This document shows positions 43,101 to 53,568 of a stretch of DNA of 64,000 nt, piece by piece. Source of the stretch: Catajapyx aquilonaris (taxonomy: Eukaryota). The notes beneath the pieces are model-generated. The model worked only from the letters and a program-made list of their open reading frames with translations, was not told where the DNA came from and ran no database searches. The DNA lies in NCBI GenBank assembly GCA_000934665.2, contig KZ537984.1:248001-312000 (forward strand), written 5' to 3'. A program made the position numbers and the translations under genes. Position 1 is the stretch's first letter, and each line of letters begins with the position of its first letter.

Positions 43101-43441
43101 GCACTGATGATATTGGGGTAAAAAATATTTCTGCTACATGCATTTTATCCAGTTATGTATTTTTCTGTAAAGATCAGTTAGGTCAAGGTCATTTTTTCAG
43201 ATACGTACAGTATATGCAAGTCTCAGGTTCGATTTCCTTTGCTTCCGGGACATATTCTCAAAAGTAGGCCTCGTCCTTGGAATGAAGTAGCACAAGTGCA
43301 CACGAACAAAGAGAACAATCCCCTAGGAAACCGTCTTATATACAACGAGGCAAAAGATTACGAAAGGATTATATAACCGCATGCAGCTTGACGATTACCT
43401 ACGACTGCAAACAGCTATTGTTACCAGCTCTGAGACACTGT

Positions 43442-43462
43442 TCTCTCTCTCTCTCTCTCTCT
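43442..43462. repeat. (TC)10 microsatellite
   Basis: Direct reading of the sequence. Confidence 0.9.
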
Positions 43463-45914
43463 GTGGAGCCTAAATGAAAAAAGAAGGAGCCCACTTTTTG
43501 CACCGCCATAATTAAAGCGGTGTAACGCAAACTGGGTGGAGGCAAATTTGAAAGACGTCGTAATGAATGACGGTCCAACTTTGTGATGAGCCCCGCGCCG
43601 TCAGGTCCTCTGCCGCGTAGCCTTTGTAAACACCCTAGTGAGTGACTTTCCGGTAGTTTTCAGGAGTTCCAATCAAAGTTGCAGGAAAGCGTGCCCTTAG
43701 GCACGTCTGGCTCAACTTGTTCGCTCATTCCCTCCTTAGTCCCCCGCCCCCTCGACCGCCCCCTTCTCTCCAAAGCCTTATACACGGGACCATCCTCCGC
43801 AATTTCTCATCCTCGGCGTAACTTACTTTTTTTTCTCCTTTTCTTTTCCTTTTTTCGGGGGGAAAAAGGAGGCGGAGAAGGCGGCTTCACCTTAGGTTCT
43901 GGAGTAATAGGTGAAGTCCTAGCAACCATCTGTTGTTTTGGGCGGATGGGACTGCATTGCACCAACTTTTTGCCTTCCTTTGTAGTATGGTTTTGCCAGG
44001 TGTATGGACTTTCACTGGGGGCTGTTATAGTCGTGAACAGATATAATGTGTGCTGCGTACTTCTGCTTGAACACCTTGAAATAGTGATCCAATCAAAGTA
44101 TGCCACTCTCACTTCTCTTTAGAGTCAGTTGTGCCAACCAATTTTTTTTTCCAGATCAATTGTGAACACAGGCGAGCTGTACTGACAGTTCTGCTGCATT
44201 TAAAAACATCGGGATGCCACACTTATAATAGGACAAGTACGCGTTACTCTGACAGTACATGACACCATCGTTTCGGTTGGCCCTATATTCGGTGGTGCTG
44301 ACATTAAATGCCTGCCACTGTACATGGTTTTGCGTGCTATCTCGCCGTACTCTTCAATCCGCGGATCTGACAGTGTGGATGAATAATGCAGGCGCCATGA
44401 CGGGTGGGCCCCCTGATTAAGTAAGCGTACGAAGCTTTTTTTTAATAAAAAAAAGTGGGTACTTTTAGCCGACTTTCTACTCCAGAGTGTCCGTAACGTA
44501 AGAAGTGTGCGGCCCAATCTATTAATCAAGTTGGGGAAAAAATAGTTGCCCTCGAGGGTCTTATTTGGAAGGTTGAGCTTCTGCAAGTGGACCTATGCGT
44601 AACAGAGATTCTTCAGAAGAATGAAGGGAAAAGGGAGGTGCCGTCCTTGCCACACGATCTTTTGTTTCTCTGCCAGACAATCTCGTCCCATATATCCAGA
44701 ATTAGGTCTCTCTTTTCTTGCTCCTTTTGTCAGGCCATAATTACATTTGAAAGATGAGCTCTTGAGTTAGTCCGCCTTCTATAAACGGGGAGTCCATATG
44801 GCTGAAATGACGGTGGTGACAAAAAAAGAATGAAAGAAAGGACCTTGCCAACAGTAAGAGGAGAAGACCGCTGGTGGTTTTTATTGAGGTCAGGGCAGCG
44901 ACCGGTCATCTAGGTGTCGGATTTCATATTGTTTGGATGAAACGAAATGTTATTTGAAACGAGAGGAAAATTGCTCCACACCTCTGTTGTTCTGAGATCG
45001 TCTCGCTATCTCGAATTTGAGTGGCTCAATTTTTGTGCGCACAATTTCCATTCGATTATGTCTACAGATCCTGGTAGAATTTATTGATATTTTAAATCAA
45101 ATCATTAACTGGAATAATACTTTAAATATCGACCTACCAAAATAGAAAATTAGTGAAAAACCAACGCTCCAGCATAATTATTATGTAAGGTTTGAATTGA
45201 ATCGATATTATAGACAGGCGATCCAAACATATCGGTTAAAACCTGCCTGTCATGAAGTACTTTTTGTTATTTTTTGAGGAATTTCATTCATGACCAGCAG
45301 CTGGAGCCGGCGCCGCTTATACAATGCTTATTGCGAGTAGGTATGTGTTATGACGAATGATTATGATTGCTAATTGATAGTAACTGGGAATATCGAGAGT
45401 TTATACTGCCCACAAATCTGGGTTAATTTGAATTCCACATGTTCAGTATAATTAATAACGGCTGGAGGGTGGGGGGTAAAAAAAATGCAATTATTACTTG
45501 ATGTACGTTGGGCAAACGGGGTCGGTGGATGTGTATAGTTCCCCCTATATAGCCTATACCGTATAATGAATGCTGCAGAAACAAGCAGCAGAGATGATAG
45601 TCGATAGGCTTGGACTCGGGCTGCCAAGTATGAAAATACTGAAAGGGGGAAAAGGGGGCTTGGCTGGCTCGGAAGCTTTAATGAAATAAAGACTGCAGAT
45701 GTCGCCCACTTTAGCGGCGGAAATGTCGCGGAAGATGTTCCTCCCAGGCCATAATGCGAGTGACAGAGGCGGGGGTAAAGTATCAAACGAGGGAAGAAGC
45801 AAACAAACCCCGGCGAAGAAACGGAAGTAACTCGGTTTGCTAGATGAGTTGGTGGCGTCTGCTTGTATTTGGCAGCGTTGGCAATGGTTGGCAAGGGCGC
45901 ATCGGAGCAAAAGA

Positions 45915-45962
45915 GGGTTCGTTGAAGCAAACCGACGAACCCCTAGCTAGCTAGCTAGCTAT
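45915..45962 (+). other. GC-rich hairpin followed immediately by (CTAG)4; possible Helitron-like 3' terminus
   Basis: GGGTTCGTTG (45915-45924) pairs with CGACGAACCC (45933-45942), 9/10 plus one G-T, 8-nt loop; then CTAGCTAGCTAGCTAGCTAT. The Helitron reading is inference and no 5' TC end was identified. Confidence 0.3.
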
Positions 45963-48900
45963 CTGGGCGGGCTTCGGCTGCAAAATTCCGCTGGCCAAGC
46001 AAAACCAAAGTTAATCGGCTCAACAGTTGATGCTGCCCACAGCTCCACCGATTGAAGCTTTTTGGCTCCACGGGATGGAGCCCACTTCCTAATGGGGAAA
46101 CATGACGGGGGCCCTCCCTCCCGGCTCCCAAATTGTTTCTACCAATCATTACCTCCCAGAAAGCTTTTACCCATGACACGGCTGACGTGATTTCAACGCA
46201 ACCGTGGCGGGTGCCAGCAAGTTGAGTGAGAGAGGCTTGAAACTGCTGAAAGGAAACATTGTCCCAAAAACCAATGCCAAAAACATTTTCGTATTGGGGT
46301 AGAAACAAAATGAAGCCACAGCAACTTCCATCTACCCGCGGAAAATTTACTTCTTCAGGTAAAAAGGGCTGGTCATGTCCGTTCGTTTGAATGGACAACC
46401 TTGTTGGAGGAAAAAAAAGAAGTGTGGAGTAGGCCACCTCGAGGATCCCTGGCAGTTACACTACTAGAAGAGGCTTTTTCCAGCGGTTGGGAGTCGAACA
46501 ATGGAGTTGGGGAGGGGAAAGGAGGCAGCCTTGCCTTTGGCATCATGCCCACCAGGGAATGGGGGAATACATTTGTTTTCTCCTCCCACACGGAAAAGCA
46601 GGGCTTGTCTCCTGCTGTTCTTTCGAGATAGGGAAGGTTCCCCTGCATATATAAGTATAAGGAGAGGGGTGAGTGGGAACATCCGCAGGTTGGGAGGCTA
46701 CTGGGTTGGCTCATTAGAGAAACCCTGGTCTGCTGCTGGGGGTTGTAATATAATGGACAGGTCCCTCGCCTTTATGTTTGTGCTCACAGTTTGACGCAAT
46801 TTATGTGAGAGTGAGGAACTCCTCCGAATTTGCCAACAGTGCGCTGAAGAGGTCCATAATAATGGAGCGAAGGAAATGATAATTTTTCAAGTTCTTTTCA
46901 CTCGGAGATGTGTATAGAGTTTGCGGATCTGGGGCGAGTGTCATACCGCACTGCAAACAACTGCATTAATCACTGCTTGAAGACATCGTATTTTTGCAGA
47001 GGATGTATATAGGACTTGCTTTTTCTTCGAGTCATATTTACGAGATTCCATCAGAACATGATCACACAATGCGAGAATAGACGTTGATAAAGCGAATTCC
47101 TCTGAACTGTTATTCGATCATTAGTAAGCTTCTTAAACAATATGCGTCAATTTGTTGGTACAAAAGTGACCTGTCAACTCTCAATCTGACATGCTCGTAA
47201 TGTTTTAAAATGTGTAAATTGTGCATTACGCAGGTTAATATACGAAGATGGGAAGCTGTGAAATACTGATTTTGACAGCAGTTACTGGAATTAAACAATC
47301 ACTATAAAGGAGCATCGAAAGAAAACCTTTCACCCTGTGCACCAAGTGTGATAAATGAAAGTACAGCACCATTTAATCCTCGGACCAGCTGTGATAACAA
47401 AAAAAATATCCCATCCAATAATGGATTAATTGAAATGTTACTGGCCTGGTGGAAAAAAAGAGCCAAAAAGTGTGGTTAGTGAAAAGAGGAGGGAAAATCA
47501 AATATTTGTAGACATTCTGCTCACTATTTTGATCCATCAGGGGCTGACACTGGAGCTTTGGGATGGCATTAACGCGTCGAACGATTGCAGGCGTCGTGCA
47601 AATAAATCAAAGAAAGGTGGGGGGGATATGTCCACACCCCGCCCCTTCGGATGATTTCATTAATTGAAGAGCTTTCACCTTGTTTTCTCAGCACGGCCGG
47701 ATTGTGTTCTTGGAGAGGAGGCCCCATATTACCTGGTTTTGTACCTGTGGAAAACCATACGCCACAGCAATTCAAACAACCGTCCGCTGCGTCAGGTAAG
47801 AGGACTTCAAATTCGTATAAGTTAGCTGCTGTATTGAATTACGTAACTGGTATATCTACAAAAATAATTTTTCAACCTCATGCAGATGAGCAATTGCTTA
47901 GGACTTTTTTTAAACCGCATATAGGCTAACCTGCACCACTCGTTTCGAGCTGGACGTAAGTGGTATTTGTAAAAGCACCCATGCAAGCAGGGTTGCGTCC
48001 TTGACGTCAAAGGAAAGGTGTCCTCGGGAACACTTTCCTGGGAATTCAGACCTGAAGAGGCGTTGCTAAGTATGGTTGGCTCCTGGAGAGATCTCGAGAC
48101 GCTTCCTTCCTGCAGGGGAGGGAAAAGGAGGGGGCGGGATGGCGCCTATTTACGGTCTCACGGTGCTTCCAACTTTATTGCTTTTTCGAAGAGGAATTAA
48201 AGGATTAATTTCATCACGTAATTTAGGCGCGATGGTTTTCCTTTATTCTTTACGGCGGGATAAAGCGCGTAGAAATTTCCCCTTCTCGCGATCACGATAG
48301 TCATAACCCATGTATTACAGAAAGGGGATATTTCGCGTAATTTACTCTGTGTATTAATGTAAAATGTAAACATATGCTGGTATGCAATGATAAATTATTT
48401 TGTGAATTTTTTTTGGAAAGGTATGGTACGGATCAATCGACAATGTGTCGACTCCCCCTGTACAACGTGTCGACAATGGATTCTTTTATCAATGCAGTCA
48501 TCCAGGCGCACCTTTTTGTGAGCTAATTTCTCCCTGATGGAACCTAGACGTTTGCTCCCTTGGTTCTCGGATTAAGTTAACTGGGGGAGCCAAATCCTCC
48601 GAGGCCGGCAGAGAATAAGGGAAACGAAAGAGGAAGGAAATAAGGGAAGAAAAAAGATTCCTTCTCTCGTTTGGGTGGCAGGTCTCTCTCTGCCTGCACA
48701 GCCAATCTGCCACGTATCTCGTTCCTACTGACACTTCGATTATCAGCTAACCTCCGCCCCCCCTCTCGGTTCTCTATTCTCTTCAAGGGGAGGGCAGAAC
48801 CGGCGAAACAAACAGGCTACAACCGTCACCATTAAGGTCCCTCCTGTTCTCTCCCCACTGCCGTCATCGGTCCCTAGGCCGCCTCTACCTTTTCCTGGAG

Positions 48901-51775
48901 TGTCTAGCCCAGCAGAAGCACTCGAATTGGGGAGGAAAAGGTAGATGAAGACTGGGAGGAACAACATCTGCTCTCACTTGCCCATTTCTTGATTCCATTG
49001 GCTTTTTCGAGCCGGAGAGAAAATGCACACATGTGTACAGGTCGATATACCAATGCACCGAGCAATTGGCCATTTTGTCTAATAAAATAGTGCTCAAAAA
49101 TGGTCGTTTGTATGTGGACAAAGTGGTACATAACTGCATGAGGATACAAACAAACAAAAAAAGTTGTAGATCTTTCCGATAGACGGTTGGGGGGTGGAAG
49201 TTGTAGCAGCAAATCGGCGTCATTTCCTTCGGAAGTATTGATTTGTCAAGTAACGAATCTTGTTTACAATCTTGCCGACGTCTTTCCAGAGAGAGACTAA
49301 AGGAAGTTTCTATTTCTTGCAGCAATTTGTAAAAGTCCGGAGCACATTGGCTGCTAGCTTCAAGGTAAAGAACCGGGCCATTTTCATCCAGATTTTGTGT
49401 TTTTTTTTTCCTGATGCTTTTCAGGCTGAGTTGATATCGGAAGCGATTTGGCACCGTCGTTGATTTGGAGACTTTAATTCGATTAGCCGGTGGTCTTGGG
49501 TCAGGACATCTGCCAGCAGTGTCGTCCCAGCACTGTCCATTCCGGTGCCTTGAATGGGGGACGAAAGGAAAGGTCGCCCACGGGCTGGTGGGGGAAACTT
49601 ACACAGAAACTCCATTTTGGTTGCCAACACTGGCCGATCATTTGCCAACTCCGGAGCAGGCAGGCAGAGTCCGTTCCATTTAGCTTCCCAGAATTGCTTT
49701 GTGGCTTTTCCATGGCAAGCGGATGTCTGGCCTCGGGCTCCTGTTGTCTCTAATTCCAGAGCTAGCTTTGCTCCTATACAAGAGGCTTGGGACAGATGAA
49801 AAGTAGATGCTGAATCCTGCAGGAGAAACTAAGCAATGCCGCTACCATAATGGCGGGGCAATATGCATGCACTCGATGTTGTGATTGCACACGTCAGCGG
49901 CAGTGCAAATATTTGTACTGTACATGCTCAAAATTTATATAACTTACCAGAGTAAATGATGGATAACTACTACGGAATCTTTTCGGGGGGAAATAATTCG
50001 GAGCAGTGTTTTTGAACCCGTGTTCAGTAATAATAGTGGCATGAATTCTTGAGCATGCAGAATAATCCGCATGACTTGACAGGGGACTATAGGCTCGTAA
50101 TTTCAATAATGTGAACTTTATATTGCTTTTCATTCAGAATATTATATGTGGAGCGTGTGTACCCTTCGCATGCAATATTCCATACTTCATGTACTCTGCA
50201 CACAATCCGAAACGCTAATTAAAGGATCGATATTGATCTATAACGCTATGTACTTACCTTTCTATAGTCTTCAGGCGAGTAGCTTGGACATCAAACTGCC
50301 TTAGGGCTCTTCAAGTGCACATATCACGTTGCAATTTCGGTCCTGCATTGTTATAGAGGTCCTAGGGAAATTCAGGGTGAGTTGTCTTCCATTTCAAAAG
50401 CGTGGATGGCAGAACTGTTACACACTAGGGCAGGTTCTAAATTAGTCTGTTAGTCAGAAGGAAGTGAGAACTTTATTGCTCTACAGGGGGAGAGTGCAGC
50501 AGAGCCGTACAGCAAAACATTACCAGAAAAAAAACTCAACCCCCTTTCAAGCGGTGTTGATTTAATCGGTGGCCATTAAAGTACAAATCCGATGTGCAAT
50601 CTGCGCAAATCACCCAGTGTGAGTTAGTCAGCAGGGACCAAAATCATCAGACGAAAAAAAAAGGCCCAGGGAAAACACACAATGGCCAGTCTCCCTCTTT
50701 CGCTCGAGTTGGTGCCCACTTTCCGACCCCCGCCAAAATTCGAAGGAACCTTATCCATATTTATCACATTTCCCCCCTAAAGAGGGGGGGTCAAGTGTAA
50801 GGAAAACACTGCCAATCCCTCCAATTGTCGAATCTGCAACTCCCTCTTGCAGTTTTTTTTTTGTTCCTATCTCGATTAATGCTGCTGGCCAATTTTGGGT
50901 CCCGCACTTATTCACTCCCCATCGCCATCGGTTCCCTTTTATGTATGCGCGTAATATTCTGGGGAGAGATAGAGAACCAGGCAAAAGCATTCACAGCAGA
51001 GCAGCGTATCAATGCATATATTTCGGCTCTGGCGGGTTGGCGCCACTCAATGGAGTTACACGCTCTGTCAATGAGGATTGGAGCGGCCCAAAAGGATCAA
51101 GGGGATGAGCTACCCCCGAAGGCTTGATTCAGTCCATGCAGGCCTCCATTAGAGGATAGATATGCTGCTATAGGACCCTTGGGCTGCCCAACTGATTTCT
51201 CTACTGGCTGCAGACAGATGCTGCATATTCACTCATTTTTTCCCCCTCTCTCTACAGCATTGTCATTTAGTAATATATTGGGAAGTGGGGATCAAAAAAG
51301 GGGGGGTGCATAATTCTGGTTTTCAGCATATTAAAATTGTATTGTTCATTTAATTTTAATTTTTAAGTGCACGGCCAAACTGTGCGGGGGGATAAACGGT
51401 GCGTTCTTAGACGGCCTTTGGCGATGGACACGGAGGCGCCATATCTGGCGATATCTTAATTTGGTCTTGGGTTTATGGTGGGCCGTAAACCTGCAAATGG
51501 CTGATGCACGGCCGGGCCTGTTAAAAGTGTACTGAATGCGTAATTTAACATGTCATTTCGGGCGACAAACCTACTTTATCCGCATCAGCCCAAGTACGTA
51601 CTTGCGTATTGCAGTTCCCCCGGACACCTTTATAGGGTGTTGCATGCTGCGTTTGTCGCAAATCATACCTTTCCGTGCTGGCACAAACTGGCTTATTGAG
51701 AGCAGGAGCAATTCGTGCAATCGCCGTGTCATACCTACATCATAAATTTCCATCACTGTCTTCAGTGTATATACG

Positions 51776-52143
51776 TACAGGGTGGTGCACTGCTCATGTC
51801 CCCAAGAGGCCAGGGCTTTGATTCCAAACGTTGCATGCTGATGACAGTTCGTGGAGGTCGCTTCTGCTAATTAATTACTGCGATAGTTGCATTAATTATT
51901 AAGGACACGTAATGTGTCAATTAAAATTAAAGTAAGACTCAATAATGCATAAACATGGGCATATAATATGCGAAACCACAATATTAAAATAACGTACTAA
52001 TTAGTAATGCGAATAATATTATTAATAATGTATATACTGTAATTAAATAGAGTAAACATATTAGGTTAATGCTGATGTGTAATGTGTACTGTAACCGCTA
52101 TAATAATGACGAAATGGCGACTTGGCTAGTGCACCACCTTGTA
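51776..52143. mobile_element. MITE / non-autonomous Tc1-mariner-type DNA transposon, ~368 bp including TA target-site duplications
   Basis: Left end TACAGGGTGGTGCACT (51776-51791) versus the reverse complement of the right end (52128-52143), TACAAGGTGGTGCACT: 15/16 identical. Similarity continues to about 30 bp (GCTCATGTCCCCA vs AGCCAAGTCGCCA). TA at both flanks, AT-rich non-coding interior. A TA TSD with CAG-starting TIRs is the established Tc1/mariner (ITm) signature. Confidence 0.8.
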
Positions 52144-52944
52144 TACATATACACAGAGTTGGGCCCGTCACGTACCTGCTCATTGAATTGACTGAACGTT
52201 AAGGTGTTATAGTTCCGGACTCCTTTTTTTTTGGGGGGGGGGGGGNGGGTACTATTGTACGTCTCCTTCCCTCCCTTCCATATATATACGTTGATCGTCT
52301 GCACGTTGAGGTTCGCTCTTCTGTCAGACGTGACCGATGTTCCGGATTCGCATTATTCGTCTTGTGATGGAGCTACGTGTTCGGTTTGCCATCACGTGCC
52401 TCTGCCTACCATGTGAAAAGAAGCGAAGAGAAGTGCGCCTGTGTTTACCCCCCCCTCTCTCTCCCCGTACGTTACATCAGGGGAGGAGGCTTCTGTGGGT
52501 GGGTGGGTGGGAAAGCCTCCTCCTCTTCCTCCTCCTCCTATATACCCCCACTGACTTATGACCCGGCCTTGTCATAGATAAAGCGGTGCGCTAGTTTTGA
52601 CGGATGATCTAAAGTGCTGCGAGCAAAAGCGGACCCCCCTTCCAACAGTCCATTTGGTGTCGGAAATTATTGTCTCGGGGACAAGCTAGTGACCTTTTTC
52701 TTGAAATGTGTCCGAATTATGTCGTACTTAACCACTCCCCACGCCCCAGCTTTACTTGTCGCATGAGGTTCAAGTACTGCAATCACTCATTTTGTGGGCG
52801 GGCGCACCACCTGAGCACTTTTTTATTTTAGCTCAATTTACGCGCCTTCTTTTGCGACCTCTGCGAACCCCAATTAACCCTAAACTCAAATGGGCCTAAC
52901 CGACCCGATTAGGCCAGCTAGATCTGCGCCATATTGGTAGAGAA

Positions 52945-53260
52945 GTTGATAAAAATAGCCAATACAACGAGATAACTAATAAATTAAAGAAATAGAAACT
53001 AATAAAATACCTAATAAATAATAAAAAATCCGAATAAAATAACATAACAAATAATATAATAACATTACAACAAATATAATAAAATAACAAATTCTGATAA
53101 AATCACGACTGATAAAACAACTAATAAAATAAAAAGCCAATAACATAACAGGATATAATAGCTAATAAAATAATGAGCTGAAATATATAACCGATAAAAG
53201 CAATAATCTAGAATAAATAACTGAAATAAGCAAGAATAAACAACTGATAAAATCATACTC
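52945..53260. repeat. Strongly A-skewed low-complexity tract made of degenerate (A/C)CT(A/G)ATAAAA-like words
   Basis: Very A-rich and G-poor on the + strand; recurring ACTAATAAA, CTGATAAAA (CTGATAAAATCA twice) and GCTAATAAAA words; runs directly into the 28-bp minisatellite. Confidence 0.8.
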
Positions 53261-53568
53261 TACAATAAATAACTAATAACTAATAGGTTACAATAAATAA
53301 CTAGTAGGTTACAATAAATAACTAATAACTAATAGGTTACAATAAATAACTAATAACTAATAAGTTACAATAAATAACTAATAACTAATAAGTTACAATA
53401 AATAACTAATAACTAATAAGTTACAATAAATAACTAATACCTAATAAGTTACAATAAATAACTAATAACTAATAAGCTGCAATAAATAATAACTAATAGG
53501 TTACAATAAATGACTAGTAAGCTGCAATAAATAAATAATAACTAATAGGTTACAATTAATAACTAATA
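53261..53568. repeat. AT-rich minisatellite, 28-bp unit TACAATAAATAACTAATAACTAATA(A/G)GT, about 11-12 copies
   Basis: Units start at 53261, 53289 (21-bp variant lacking one 7-mer), 53310, 53338, 53366, 53394, 53422, 53450, then degenerate copies to about 53568. Confidence 0.95.

Noticed and set aside
45370..45930. 186-aa minus-strand ORF (and the similar 189-aa ORF at 48885-49454)
   Set aside because: Non-ATG starts, no family resemblance, composition typical of translated non-coding DNA.
52896..53256. Two very hydrophobic minus-strand ORFs resembling membrane or mitochondrial proteins
   Set aside because: F/L/I/Y richness follows directly from the T-rich low-complexity strand; no conserved motif of a mitochondrial gene seen.
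53261..53568. CRISPR-like regular repeat
   Set aside because: Units are head-to-tail with no unique spacers, no cas genes, and the context is eukaryotic.
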